Below, one piece after another: positions 9,846 through 19,699 of a stretch of 56,646 nucleotides of DNA. The stretch is from a virus. Taxonomy: Duplodnaviria; Caudoviricetes. Below the pieces are notes generated by a model, which did not search any database, was not told the DNA's origin, and worked only from the letters and a program-made list of their open reading frames with translations. Numbering within the stretch: position 1 is the first letter of the stretch; each line of letters begins with the position of its first letter. Location: positions 1 to 56,646 of IMG/VR virus record IMGVR_UViG_3300042934_000556; one strand, given 5' to 3'. The position numbers were made by a program, and so were the translations under genes.

Positions 9846-10006
9846 CCTGATCCTCCCCTTTCCAGACGTGCGCGACGGTATCTACGACGCTCTACCAGAA
9901 GACGAACCTCGTCGACCACCTTCAAGATCCCCAGCACGACGAGAGAAGCTCCGATGATGACCAAATAAGTCCAGAGCCAATTGAAGTCGGATATGAAGGT
10001 CTCCAT
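9809..10006 (-). CDS. Small membrane protein
   Basis: One hydrophobic segment followed by an Arg-rich tail. Confidence 0.55.
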   Translation of the reverse strand: METFISDFNWLWTYLVIIGASLVVLGILKVVDEVRLLVERRRYRRARLERGGSGWEKTSRSGRTT

Positions 10007-10007
10007 G

Positions 10008-10241
10008 TCAGGCGACCTTGTTGAGCCGGTGGGTGCCGGTGGGGTTCTCCCGAAGGGCCAGGCGGGCGTGGTTGATCTTGGCGATGGCGTAGGTGAGCCG
10101 CGCCTCGTGGACCTTCTGCTCGGCCTCCTTGCGCTTCTTCTCCGCCTTGCGCCGGGCGAGGATGTCCGTTCCGTTGTCGACGCACCAGGCCACGGCTACG
10201 ACCGCGACCCACATGAGGACGACGAAGGTCAGTATGTTCAC
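10008..10241 (-). CDS. Small membrane-anchored protein
   Basis: GTG start after AAGGAG; N-terminal hydrophobic helix and basic coiled coil. Confidence 0.65.
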   Translation of the reverse strand: MNILTFVVLMWVAVVAVAWCVDNGTDILARRKAEKKRKEAEQKVHEARLTYAIAKINHARLALRENPTGTHRLNKVA

Positions 10242-10342
10242 TTCGAGTTCTCCTTCTTGATCTGTGATATGGCGATGCCGGTTGTGATTCCGACAAGAGC
10301 CATGATGAAACCGAAAGCCGTTCCGATGGCGAATGCGATCAC
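10238..10342 (-). CDS. 34-aa membrane peptide
   Basis: VIAFAIGTAFGFIMALVGITTGIAISQIKKENSK; overlaps both neighbours by 4 bp. Confidence 0.55.
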   Translation of the reverse strand: MIAFAIGTAFGFIMALVGITTGIAISQIKKENSK

Positions 10343-11337
10343 CGGGACAGCACCTTCTCGTCGTCGAAGACCCACCCGGAGTCCGTGACGACCTCGGCCC
10401 CGTCCGGAGCCTCCAGGGCACGAACGCCACCCTCGAGGGGGATCTGCGGCGGTGCACCCTCGATCGGGATGTGGGCGTACTTCTTGTCGAGGTCGTCCTC
10501 GTGGAGGATGGCGAACATCGACTTCAGGTACGCGCTGACGCCCTGCTTGCCGCCGATGTTGTAGTTGTACGGGCTGATCTTGAGGTCGATGTTGTCGAAC
10601 TCGCCCCAGTCCATCATCCCGACGAGGTCCTCCTCGATCTGGGTGCGGCTGTTGGTCGACATGGTGACCAGGAAGATCCGGGGCGGACGCGGGCCGTCGA
10701 ACTTGACGTTGACCTTGAGGTGGTAGAAGGGCAGCTCGCCCTCCTCGCGCGGCGGCTTGACCTTGACGTTCCACCCGGCGGCCAGCATGGCCTCGCCCTG
10801 GACCGGGTCGAGGACCACGTGGAAGTTGCGGTAGCCCTTCGCGTTGTACATACCCTCGTTACCGGCGAAGTTCCGGTAGATGATCCGGGCTCCCTCCAGC
10901 GTGATCTCGTCGTCGACCCTGCGAACCAGTTGGCTCATGTTGCTCTTGCTCCTAAATATCTGGGTGTTGATACTGGCCTTCTCGGCCAGTTCACTGCAGT
11001 GTGTTGCACCGTTCGATTCGTTGTGAATGAACGCAAGGCAACGGTCCGCGCCGAGCTTTACCATCTCCGCATTCCGAGCGAAGCCAGCACCTCTCTTGCG
11101 CGGACCGTTCCAGTCTGCCGGGTGACGCTCGACGCCGATGAGATGGGGGAGTACAGAGCCTCGCACTCGCGCCCACTCATCAGCATGAGAATCAGCCCCG
11201 GTAGGGCAAGCCCCGTGAACAACAACGAATTCGTCTTCGTCACTCTCGAGGAAATATGTCTCGAACAGCCAGTCGAGCTCTTCGAAGACAAGTGACTTGT
11301 CCGTCCAGTCCCGACTACCTGTTACCAGGACTCTCAT
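10339..11337 (-). CDS. SLOG (YspA/DUF2493-like) domain in frame with a single-stranded DNA-binding protein (internal start at 10938)
   Basis: MRVLVTGSRDW...VVHGACPTGAD (SLOG); ITLEGARIIYRNFAG...AYLKSM (OB-fold phage SSB-like); AGGAG before the internal ATG. Confidence 0.7.
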   Translation of the reverse strand: MRVLVTGSRDWTDKSLVFEELDWLFETYFLESDEDEFVVVHGACPTGADSHADEWARVRGSVLPHLIGVERHPADWNGPRKRGAGFARNAEMVKLGADRCLAFIHNESNGATHCSELAEKASINTQIFRSKSNMSQLVRRVDDEITLEGARIIYRNFAGNEGMYNAKGYRNFHVVLDPVQGEAMLAAGWNVKVKPPREEGELPFYHLKVNVKFDGPRPPRIFLVTMSTNSRTQIEEDLVGMMDWGEFDNIDLKISPYNYNIGGKQGVSAYLKSMFAILHEDDLDKKYAHIPIEGAPPQIPLEGGVRALEAPDGAEVVTDSGWVFDDEKVLSR

Positions 11338-11482
11338 CGACGCTTGTACCTCACGACCGCACCGGGAGACCGAGAGTCGAGGTAGGCGTAAATGTAGGCT
11401 TGCGAGGGCGAATAGAATATCGACCCTCGCTTGGGACGGAATCCCTTTCGATAAAGCATTCGCCGAATCCAACCCATGTCGA

Positions 11483-11701
11483 TCACTCCTCCGACTGGTA
11501 CAGCGAGACGTCCCCCAGCGAAAAGCCCCGGCGGAGAATATCGGCCGTCTTACCGCGGAGGTTCATGTGGACGATCTGGTCTCCGCAGGGGAGTTCCTCC
11601 ACTATGCCCGTGCCTACGACCTGACCTTCCTCCTCGGTACCCTCGAGCCTGTTGATGATCGGGATCTCGCCGACGATCTTGGTTCTGCGCAGTGCGGCCA
11701 T
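11483..11701 (-). CDS. Hypothetical protein
   Basis: ATG at 11701 with GAGGGG RBS. Confidence 0.6.
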   Translation of the reverse strand: MAALRRTKIVGEIPIINRLEGTEEEGQVVGTGIVEELPCGDQIVHMNLRGKTADILRRGFSLGDVSLYQSEE

Positions 11702-11720
11702 GGTGGAATATCCCCCTCGG

Positions 11721-12155
11721 TCAGATCTTGACGGTGGTGTTCTTGGTCTTCTGGTACTCGTCGATGTAGGCCTCGTTACGGTCACCGTTGAAGGTGATCT
11801 CGTAGTACTTGCCGTCGGGCCGGTCGGTGGCGACGAGCGCCTTCCAGTGCTGCAGGACCTTGACGAACCAGACGACGTAGACCTCGAACACGGGCTTCTC
11901 GAACTCCGTGGAGTAGTGCGAGTCCACGTAGTCGATCAGCAGCCGCTTCGCCTGGGCCACGAAGTCGTCCGGGACGTTCATCGGAACGACCGTCTCCTTC
12001 GGGGTGACCGAGACGTTGTAGAGGTCGTGGAACTCCTTGACCTCCGCCCGACACCTGGGGCAGACCTTCAGACCACCGCAAAGTGTGGCGTCCGGCTTGG
12101 GGCCCTTCTCCACCGGCGATCCGGCGATCTCGTGGCCGTGGCTGGTGTAAGCCAT
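11721..12155 (-). CDS. Hypothetical protein, DUF6275-like C-terminal domain
   Basis: EVYVVWF.K.LQHWKALV.T...DGKYYEITFNGD..EAYIDEY pattern (recognised from memory). Confidence 0.7.
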   Translation of the reverse strand: MAYTSHGHEIAGSPVEKGPKPDATLCGGLKVCPRCRAEVKEFHDLYNVSVTPKETVVPMNVPDDFVAQAKRLLIDYVDSHYSTEFEKPVFEVYVVWFVKVLQHWKALVATDRPDGKYYEITFNGDRNEAYIDEYQKTKNTTVKI

Positions 12156-12436
12156 CAGTCCTCCTCGTATGAAGCAAAGATCTTCTTCACTTCGTCGATG
12201 ACGATCTCTTCTACTTCGTTGTCGGCCTTGATGAGCTTGTCGAAGATGAATTCAAAAGCCCTCCGAAGGTCCGACATCTCGACCTTGTGCCGGTTCAGAC
12301 TCTGGCTACCTGCGAATATGGCATAAGCTTCACACACGTAGTCGTCGCCGTTGTCGGCTAGATATGTCGCAGGTAGGTTGTGTGTTTCGCACCAGAGCTG
12401 ACTGTCTTTGAAATCCATCGCGTCACAGAACTTCAT
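12155..12436 (-). CDS. Hypothetical protein
   Basis: Start MKFCD with AGGAGAAGGA RBS; coupled to the downstream gene. Confidence 0.6.
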   Translation of the reverse strand: MKFCDAMDFKDSQLWCETHNLPATYLADNGDDYVCEAYAIFAGSQSLNRHKVEMSDLRRAFEFIFDKLIKADNEVEEIVIDEVKKIFASYEED

Positions 12437-12631
12437 CAGTCCTTCTCCTTGCTCTTCTTGGATCGCCACTCGACGACCCAGTCGGGAATATGATCGGGAC
12501 ACCAGGCATCGCCGTTCCTCTGGAGGAACCACCCTCTTTGGTGAGCGTCTATGGTTCCGTGCTTGTGGTTGGGAACGAGTTTGGACATTCCTTATTGGAA
12601 CAGAAGTGCTGGCCCGATACGCAATATGCAG

Positions 12632-12841
12632 TCACTCCCACTGATCTTCCCACTGCTTGTCGACCTCGGCGGCTGCGGCCTTTCGCCTCTCCGCGTCCCA
12701 CACGGAGTGGAAAATGAAGTCCGCTGCAGCGTCGCCCTGATCGGCGGCCTTGCAGATCTCGATGTCCGATGCGTTCGCCAGGAGGTGTGTGACCTCCAGG
12801 TTCTCAGCCTCGTCCAGTTCGTCCGAGTAGATCTCGTCCAT
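12632..12841 (-). CDS. Hypothetical acidic protein
   Basis: ATG coupled to the upstream stop. Confidence 0.6.
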   Translation of the reverse strand: MDEIYSDELDEAENLEVTHLLANASDIEICKAADQGDAAADFIFHSVWDAERRKAAAAEVDKQWEDQWE

Positions 12842-13170
12842 CAGTCCTTCGCCCCTCCGCAAGCCACGCATCCGTACCTTGTGGTGCAGCCGCAATATCC
12901 GGAACTCCGAAGCCGATGGAGCAACTCCGTGTGATCCGGAAGCGGGCCGTTCTGCTCGTCCATCCACTGGAATACGATGCTGAGGATGGTCTTGGCGTCA
13001 CTGCCGTCGAGGTGGTCGCCACGCTCGCGGAACCGAACGCCGTCCTCCAGCATCTCGAGCATGACGTTGTGTACTTCGGAGTCATCCAGACCGGAATCCT
13101 CCAAGATCCTGTGGACCCTGGTCATGACGTCCGGCACGTACCCCGGCGGGTCAGGATAGTGGATGGGCAT
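12841..13170 (-). CDS. Hypothetical protein with C-terminal Cys cluster
   Basis: 109 aa; CGC...CVAC. Confidence 0.65.
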   Translation of the reverse strand: MPIHYPDPPGYVPDVMTRVHRILEDSGLDDSEVHNVMLEMLEDGVRFRERGDHLDGSDAKTILSIVFQWMDEQNGPLPDHTELLHRLRSSGYCGCTTRYGCVACGGAKD

Positions 13171-13343
13171 CAGTTGAGCTCCACGAATCCGATACCGGCG
13201 TCCCGCAGCTCGTCGATGAGCTCCTGGGCCTCGCTCTGCGGCATCCCGAACAGGTCGTCGAGGATGACACGAACCCGATGCATCAGGTCCTCATGCGCCA
13301 CGAAGTTCTCTTCGCCCGACTCGAATACGTTCCTGGGGGCCAT
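13170..13343 (-). CDS. 57-aa hypothetical protein (not in ORF track)
   Basis: MAPRNVFESGEENFVAHEDLMHRVRVILDD...; GAGGAGG RBS; coupled at both ends. Confidence 0.65.
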   Translation of the reverse strand: MAPRNVFESGEENFVAHEDLMHRVRVILDDLFGMPQSEAQELIDELRDAGIGFVELN

Positions 13344-13507
13344 CACCCCTCCTCTACATCCAATTGGCCGAGCGTCTTCAGGGCACCTACGTATCTACTG
13401 AAGCCGATCGGATCGAATATGGGCCATGTGTCGTGGTACCACCGCTCGGCGAAGGAATACGGATCGAACTCCTCCGCCGAGTCGATGGGTTGTGCTCTGT
13501 TGCTCAC
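13343..13507 (-). CDS. 54-aa hypothetical protein (not in ORF track)
   Basis: GTG start directly after the polymerase stop; fills the gap exactly. Confidence 0.45.
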   Translation of the reverse strand: MSNRAQPIDSAEEFDPYSFAERWYHDTWPIFDPIGFSRYVGALKTLGQLDVEEG

Positions 13508-16500
13508 TCAGACCGAGCAGAACTCATCGGCGTTGCCGAACTGAGCGATGGACTGGTACGCCTCCTCGGCGACCTGGTTGTAGTACGCCACGTCGATGAT
13601 GTCCGCGATGGACCCGGTACCCGAGACGGCGTCGTCCAGGTTCTCGAACACCATCCGGTCGACGGCTTCGGGATACAGCAGACGGATGGCCTCCGCCTCC
13701 AGCCAGGAATATCCCTTGGTACCGCTGACCGCGAACTCCTTGCCGTCCTTGATACGAAGAAGCTCCCCACCCTTGACGACGTCCTGATCCGGGTTGATCG
13801 GGACGAACATGCCGGACCGGCCGACGTGCGTGTCCTCGTCCTCGGGAGTCTCCGTCGTGAGCGCCTCGTCCTTAGGCTCCCCGATCTCCTTCACGGCCCC
13901 GTTGAACCGGAGGTACATGGCACCCTCCTTGACCTGCTTGGTCTCACACAGATCCTTGAAGTAGATCGGCTCGCCGGTGAACAACTTCTTGAAGACGTAT
14001 GGGTGCTTGAACTCCGCGCCAGTAGCCGACCAGTAGCCGACCGGGTCGCCCTCCGGCGCCCATCCGACGTAGGCGATGTACACGGCGTCGTTGACGAGGC
14101 ACATCTTCTTGTAGGTGGACTCGTGCTTGAACTCGTAGCCGTACTTGGCACCGAAGTCCTTCACGAACTGAATGATCTCCGGAGTGGCCCCCGGGATCTT
14201 GACCGAGTCGGTCTTGATGTGGGCAACCGTGACGCCCTTCTCCTGGAGCGCGTGCTTCAGGTCGATCATGAAGAGCGCACCGCGCTTGGCGACGATGTTG
14301 TCCTTGTTGCGCGGGTCTCTAGCCGGGTTGTCGAACTTCGCCGACGTGTAGCCGTAGGTCGAGTTCGCCACCAGCTTCAGCGACTGCTCGAGGTTCTTGA
14401 AGGCCTTCTTGCGCTCCTTCGGGTCCTCGATCTTCTGAATCTCCTCGATATGCGGGCGGAGCTTGCCCTCCAGGAGACCCTTGGCGTACTCGTAGTCGCC
14501 CTCCTTGATGGAGAGACGGGCTTCGAGGATCGCGGAGTACTTCGCCGTGTAGGGGCCGAACAGGTTCAGCTTCACGATCGAAGTCGGGTGCATCGAGGCG
14601 ACGTCCAGGAGAGCGACGTTCTCGTACATGCCCGGTTCCGCGTAGACGTAGCCACCCTCGCCGACGACCTCACCCCGGTAGGTGCTCTTGTCGACCTTGG
14701 CGTACTCGTCGAACTTGTAGCCCGGGAACATCTTCGACAGGTCGGTGTACACAAACGACCGCTGCGGGTTCCGCTCGTTGCCGAACAGGATGCGCATGAC
14801 GTGCGTGCGAGTCGAGTGATTGACGGTGAGGCCGCTGAGGTCCGCCAGGATCTGCCGGGCGATGAAGTCCTGCTGGCAGTGGTTCCAGACTACCTCGAGG
14901 GCGTTGACGTCGTTCTTGCAGTATTCGACGACCTGCTTGATCTTGTTCTTCGGGACCGGCTTGTCCCAGGGAATATCCATCTCGACATGCGGGAAACCGA
15001 GCTCGATCTCCCACTTCTTCAGAGACTTCTTGTCCGAGGAGAAGTCGTACACGTCGGCGTAGGACGCGTTCCAGGCGCTGGCGAACTTCGCCGCGTTGTC
15101 GTTCTCGTTGATGATCCGCTGGGAGAGGTGGTAGAGCTCCTCGTTGTTCATGCCGAGCATCCGACCCCAGAGGATATGGTTGTCGTACCCCCGGTTGTTG
15201 AAGCCGACCAGCTTGAAGTTCTTGACGAGGTTCTCGACCTCCGACGGAGTCGGTTCGATCATCGCGGTGACGGTCGAGGAGCCGAGGTACTTCCAGCAGA
15301 TCACGAAGAGATTCTGGTAGACCTCGCAGTCGAAGAATACGATGCGGCCGTTCTCGGCACTCTCGTTCTTCACGATCTCCGGGCTGTCCTCCAGAGAGGC
15401 CTCCGACTGGAAGTCCATCCGGAAGACGGTCTTCAGGCAGATATCCTTCTGGTTCGTGCTGTTGTTGGCGAGCGTCATGAGATCAGACCTCATGTCGGTC
15501 AGGTCGAAGGGGACTCCCCTCCTCTTGGCTTCGCCGAGGATATGGGCGGCGAAGTCGATGTTCTGCTTGGTACTGCCGAACTCCTTCCTCAGGCATCGGA
15601 CGAGCATGTTCCGGAGACCTTGCTCAGTCTTGATGGTGTTGTCTGTCAACACAGTCTTCTTCTCCCTGATGGGCAGTCCACCGCTAAGGGTGGCTACCGC
15701 GACGTTATTGCACCTCGTCAGCTTCCGTCGGAGTGACGCGTTCCCCGTGTACACCTTGATCTCGATACCGGGGGCATACTCCTTGGCCAGCTCGTTGACA
15801 TCGCCGTCGTAGATATAGTGCAGGTGGACACCCTTGCCGCTCTTGCTGATCTCGGCGTAGGTATGCGGCCAACCGTCGGCAGCCGCCTCCATGCTCCGTT
15901 CGAGCGACTTGGTCTTACCGTCGTCTTCGGTCAGGTCGAAGTCGATGACGATGTGGTACTCGGGGACCTTGAGAAAATGGAGCTCCGAAGTGTCAAGATC
16001 ACCGAGGACCGTGGATACGACCTGGTTGGGCTTGGGGGTGAAGGTCTCGCCCTTCTTGTTGATGCGCTCGGAGTCATCCCAGTAGAGCTTCGGGTTGCCT
16101 GCAGCATTCGCATACTGCGCAGGATATCCGGCGTACATCTCATCCAGGATCGACTCGGTCTCGTCCATGGCCAGGGTAAAGGCCGTGCGCTTCGAGTTGG
16201 TAACCTGAGTTCGGTACTTCTGGGCTCGGAACACCTTGTAGACGCTCCTTACAGAACTCCCGTCGAAGACCGCTCGGTCGTGGAACTCTTCGAAGTAGTC
16301 CTTCAACTGCTCGCGGAAGTGGTACTTCTTCATGGACCAGCCGAGCTTGCTGTCTTCCGCCCAGTTGTTGAAGAGGGCCCAAGCTTGGGTGAGAGTTGTG
16401 CCGTCCTTTTCCTTGAAGATATCGAAGTGATCGTCGATGAAGTTGGCGAACGGATCGGTGTTGAGGATCATGCGCTCGGGCTTGTAGTCGTTGTATGCGC

Positions 16501-17521
16501 CACGACCGCCCTTCGCCTTGTAGACCTCCAGACAATGGTGGGCGATCGCACCCAGCTCGAACTCCACCCTCGCCATGAGAGATCGGTAGTGGTTGAACTC
16601 GAGCGTGATACCTGTCGGGTTCACGTCAATAAGACGACGGATCAGGCCTGACTTGGAGTCACTGATTTTGACAGGCTTGTTCGTCCCCATGAACAGGAAC
16701 GCGTCGATGACCATCTCGTAGCCGGGCTTGTGCTTTTCGTTGATGATCATCTTGTCGTGACCAATCACCGAGTTGAGCACGCTGTTGTCCTCGATCTTGG
16801 ACAAGTCCCCGTCGTGCTGGACCGCAACCAGGGGGTTTGTCTTGAAGACCGCCGTGGCGAAGGCGTTGTTAGAACCAACCAACGCCTTGGCCTCGAACAT
16901 GCCGACGTAGCCCTCGAAGAGCTTCTCGATGATCTTCATGATGGTCGACTTACCGGTGCCGGGCTCTCCGAAGAAGACCACGAACTTCTCGATCTTCTTT
17001 GACTCTCCGGATACGATGGCTCCGATCGACCATTCGATCTTCTCGCGTTCCTCGTCGGAATATAGAGTACCCACGAGTTCATCCCAGGCACTGAAGTCAC
17101 CCGGGGCGAGATTGTACGGAAGCCTCTTGCTGACGAAGTCGTTCTTCTTGACCTCCGTGTTAAGGAAGGTCAGTTTTCGGTCGAGCTGCTTGGCGTCGTC
17201 GCTAGCATTCTTGAGGTACTGCTTGTACTGCGTCCACTGCTTGGAGTTGTGCGAGCGGAGGAGTTTCACGTTGCACGGAGTGCCGGCTTCCTTCAACTGC
17301 CTAGCGTAGGCCAGAAGGGCTTCGTCCACCGCGTCCTTGACGTCGTACTCGCGGGTAGACCAGAGACCCTCCTTCTCGTTCCACATGGCGTAGAACGACT
17401 GCCCACGGACCATGAGGTCCTTGGAGTTCCCGACGATGAAGTCGGGGTAGATCTCCACCGGTTCGCCTTCCTTGCGGGGAGGTTTCGTGCACACCTGAAA
17501 GAAATCCAGTTTCGATTCCAT
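13508..17521 (-). CDS. Fused SF3 (D5-like) helicase / AEP primase-polymerase / 3'-5' exonuclease / family-B-like DNA polymerase
   Basis: GEPGTGKS; IDFD and SKSGKGVHLHY; FFDCE, GFNNRGYD, YCKNDV; DVASMHP, KLVANSTYG, KTDS. Confidence 0.85.
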   Translation of the reverse strand: MESKLDFFQVCTKPPRKEGEPVEIYPDFIVGNSKDLMVRGQSFYAMWNEKEGLWSTREYDVKDAVDEALLAYARQLKEAGTPCNVKLLRSHNSKQWTQYKQYLKNASDDAKQLDRKLTFLNTEVKKNDFVSKRLPYNLAPGDFSAWDELVGTLYSDEEREKIEWSIGAIVSGESKKIEKFVVFFGEPGTGKSTIMKIIEKLFEGYVGMFEAKALVGSNNAFATAVFKTNPLVAVQHDGDLSKIEDNSVLNSVIGHDKMIINEKHKPGYEMVIDAFLFMGTNKPVKISDSKSGLIRRLIDVNPTGITLEFNHYRSLMARVEFELGAIAHHCLEVYKAKGGRGAYNDYKPERMILNTDPFANFIDDHFDIFKEKDGTTLTQAWALFNNWAEDSKLGWSMKKYHFREQLKDYFEEFHDRAVFDGSSVRSVYKVFRAQKYRTQVTNSKRTAFTLAMDETESILDEMYAGYPAQYANAAGNPKLYWDDSERINKKGETFTPKPNQVVSTVLGDLDTSELHFLKVPEYHIVIDFDLTEDDGKTKSLERSMEAAADGWPHTYAEISKSGKGVHLHYIYDGDVNELAKEYAPGIEIKVYTGNASLRRKLTRCNNVAVATLSGGLPIREKKTVLTDNTIKTEQGLRNMLVRCLRKEFGSTKQNIDFAAHILGEAKRRGVPFDLTDMRSDLMTLANNSTNQKDICLKTVFRMDFQSEASLEDSPEIVKNESAENGRIVFFDCEVYQNLFVICWKYLGSSTVTAMIEPTPSEVENLVKNFKLVGFNNRGYDNHILWGRMLGMNNEELYHLSQRIINENDNAAKFASAWNASYADVYDFSSDKKSLKKWEIELGFPHVEMDIPWDKPVPKNKIKQVVEYCKNDVNALEVVWNHCQQDFIARQILADLSGLTVNHSTRTHVMRILFGNERNPQRSFVYTDLSKMFPGYKFDEYAKVDKSTYRGEVVGEGGYVYAEPGMYENVALLDVASMHPTSIVKLNLFGPYTAKYSAILEARLSIKEGDYEYAKGLLEGKLRPHIEEIQKIEDPKERKKAFKNLEQSLKLVANSTYGYTSAKFDNPARDPRNKDNIVAKRGALFMIDLKHALQEKGVTVAHIKTDSVKIPGATPEIIQFVKDFGAKYGYEFKHESTYKKMCLVNDAVYIAYVGWAPEGDPVGYWSATGAEFKHPYVFKKLFTGEPIYFKDLCETKQVKEGAMYLRFNGAVKEIGEPKDEALTTETPEDEDTHVGRSGMFVPINPDQDVVKGGELLRIKDGKEFAVSGTKGYSWLEAEAIRLLYPEAVDRMVFENLDDAVSGTGSIADIIDVAYYNQVAEEAYQSIAQFGNADEFCSV

Positions 17522-17532
17522 CTATCCTCCTT

Positions 17533-18072
17533 TCACTCAGCTCGCCCCCGCTCCAGTACGTAAGCACTCAGTTGATCCCAGAGTTCAACCGAACGCTGAT
17601 CCGTACGTGGATATCGCAGTGGGAAGAATCCGCCTTCCCCGGCCGGGCTGTAGTTCCTATGTATTACGTCCTCGAGGACGTTGCTGATGAATGATCTGGG
17701 CAGTCGTCGACGATCGTGATATCCCTCGAGCCCGATGTTGCTCATAAGAGTCCAGAACCAGTAGTGGACCGTCCCGTCAGCCTCAAACTCGAGGTCTTGA
17801 GCAAGACGGACCATCAGTTCAAACACCGAGCACCCCGTCTCCATCCATTCAGGGTCCTCGTCAACAGGAAGGCCCTGGTCCTCCAAAAATCGGAGTCGCA
17901 GAGCCTTCCCGCCTTCGATTCGGTTCTCGTCACGTTCGACGACAACCTCGAACTCCGTAGTGAAGAGAATACGGAGCAGACGCCAGTATGTCAGGGGTCC
18001 TTCGGGGATATCGGGATCGGCGACCTGCCGGTAGAGCCACTCGAAATATGGCTCGTCAAGGCGGACGCTCAT
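17533..18072 (-). CDS. Hypothetical protein
   Basis: 179-aa ORF; PYFEWL...DENR...GGFFPL...ELWDQ. Confidence 0.75.
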   Translation of the reverse strand: MSVRLDEPYFEWLYRQVADPDIPEGPLTYWRLLRILFTTEFEVVVERDENRIEGGKALRLRFLEDQGLPVDEDPEWMETGCSVFELMVRLAQDLEFEADGTVHYWFWTLMSNIGLEGYHDRRRLPRSFISNVLEDVIHRNYSPAGEGGFFPLRYPRTDQRSVELWDQLSAYVLERGRAE

Positions 18073-18087
18073 CCCGTAGTCACCCCC

Positions 18088-18759
18088 TTACTTGCCGATC
18101 ACGCTCTCGGAGTGGCGGCCGTCCCAGACGATCTCGAAGTCCATCTTGTACCGGTCGTTCCGGACGTAGATGGTTTTGCGGTGCTCGCCGAGCTGCTCGA
18201 GGTTGTAGTACCCGATGTGCCTCTGGACGAGCTCCTTCGAGAGCGTCTCGTCGTTCTCGTCGGCCACTTCGCTATCGGTGGCGAAATATGTCACTGTGGC
18301 CTGCTGGTAGTCGTTCTCGTTCGCGTCGTACATCGTGAAGTTGATGAGACGCGGACCGGGCTCATTGGTGTTGGTGGCGGCGTCCAGCTTCTCCGCCTCC
18401 TCGACCTTGGTACTGATCTGGGACTGAACCAGTTCCTGAGCGAGAACGGACGGCGCCGAGGAAATGCCCTGGTAGTTCGTCAGTGCCTCAGCGGCCTCCT
18501 CGGAAAGAATGCTGGCCGGGAGGTCATCGCTCGACACTTCGCTTTCAGCCTCGTCCTGCTCCACGATCACTTGGGTGTCATGAGCAAGCAACGCGGCCTC
18601 GATCTTCGCCTTGTACTTCTCCTCGAAGAAGTACCGGGAGACTTCGGTCTCCTTGCGGAGCCTCTCCACGTAGTGGTCGTGAAGTTGTGTCTTGGCGACG
18701 TAATATCCCGCCGCCGCTCCGAGCGCAGCCCACAGTAGCTTGGTGAACATTTCGATCAC
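18088..18759 (-). CDS. Hypothetical protein with N-terminal membrane anchor
   Basis: LLWAALGAAAGYYV anchor; C-terminal IYVRND...DFEI; start uncertain. Confidence 0.75.
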   Translation of the reverse strand: MIEMFTKLLWAALGAAAGYYVAKTQLHDHYVERLRKETEVSRYFFEEKYKAKIEAALLAHDTQVIVEQDEAESEVSSDDLPASILSEEAAEALTNYQGISSAPSVLAQELVQSQISTKVEEAEKLDAATNTNEPGPRLINFTMYDANENDYQQATVTYFATDSEVADENDETLSKELVQRHIGYYNLEQLGEHRKTIYVRNDRYKMDFEIVWDGRHSESVIGK

Positions 18760-18772
18760 TCCCCTCAGGTCC

Positions 18773-19699
18773 TCAGACCTGCTTCATCAGGCTGAGGATC
18801 TCGCCGTCGACGTTGAAGTCGAGAAGGATCGCCTGCTTGTCGCCGTTGATCCACTTCTTGCCCTCGTACACGCCCTCGTTCCAGACGCCGAAGTCGATGA
18901 CGCCGTCGCCACGGCCGTCCTTGGGGTTGATGACCCAGCCGACGACCTGACCGGCAGCGGTACGCTCGAAGCCGAGCATCTCGTAGACCTGGTTCAGCGT
19001 GACGAAGCCGTCGACGCGGAGAAGGGTGTTCGCCATGTTCTGGACGTTCTCGATGCGCGTCTGGTTCTGGTGCGGGAACTCCGACCAGTCATCGTGGTCC
19101 GAGTCGAACAGACGGGCGTAGACCGACCCGGCGTCGATCTCCTTCTTGATGGCCTCCTGGTCGAGACCCTTCAAGATCGTGGTGACCGGGCCGGTCTCGG
19201 TCTCCTCGACGACCTCCCTCTCGGCGGTGCCCCAGCGGTACTCGAGGTCCTTCTCGGTGCCCTGATCCTCGACGACACGCTTGCGGTAGTCCTGGAGCGT
19301 CTTGGTGGCGATGCCGAGAGAGGCGGTGAGAGCGGTGTTGCGACGCGTCAGGATGACATGAGCGCCGGTGAGAGCGGTGAGGGTGCCGAGTCCAATGGCG
19401 ACAGACGGGGCGTAGAGTTTGGCGACGCGGATGGCCACCTGCAGCTTTGCGCCGATCTTTGCCTTCTTCTTGACCTCCTCGCCCTCGTTCTCGGTCTTCT
19501 CGTCGACCTTGTTGAGGAGCTTGTTGCCCTCTTCGAGGACGTCGCTCAGCTTGAGGGTCGCTCGACAGGCGAGGACGACCGTTGTGGTGAATCCGACGGC
19601 GCCGAGGCCGAGCAGCAGGACGGGCGAATGGGTCTTGACAGTGAGGGTCTGCCGGGCCATGGCTCCGGTGACACGGTTCCTCATGGACTTGAGGCTCAT
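18773..19699 (-). CDS. DUF6353-like phage protein
   Basis: HSP.LL.GLG..G, KLY.P, LNQVYEMLG, GW, LDFN motifs. Confidence 0.75.
   Translation of the reverse strand: MSLKSMRNRVTGAMARQTLTVKTHSPVLLLGLGAVGFTTTVVLACRATLKLSDVLEEGNKLLNKVDEKTENEGEEVKKKAKIGAKLQVAIRVAKLYAPSVAIGLGTLTALTGAHVILTRRNTALTASLGIATKTLQDYRKRVVEDQGTEKDLEYRWGTAEREVVEETETGPVTTILKGLDQEAIKKEIDAGSVYARLFDSDHDDWSEFPHQNQTRIENVQNMANTLLRVDGFVTLNQVYEMLGFERTAAGQVVGWVINPKDGRGDGVIDFGVWNEGVYEGKKWINGDKQAILLDFNVDGEILSLMKQV

Noticed and set aside
13364-15736. Long plus-strand ORFs (790 aa here; also 43769-46051, 35702-37009, 21950-23353, 51842-53224)
   Set aside because: Antisense shadows of GC3-rich minus-strand genes, with no recognisable motifs
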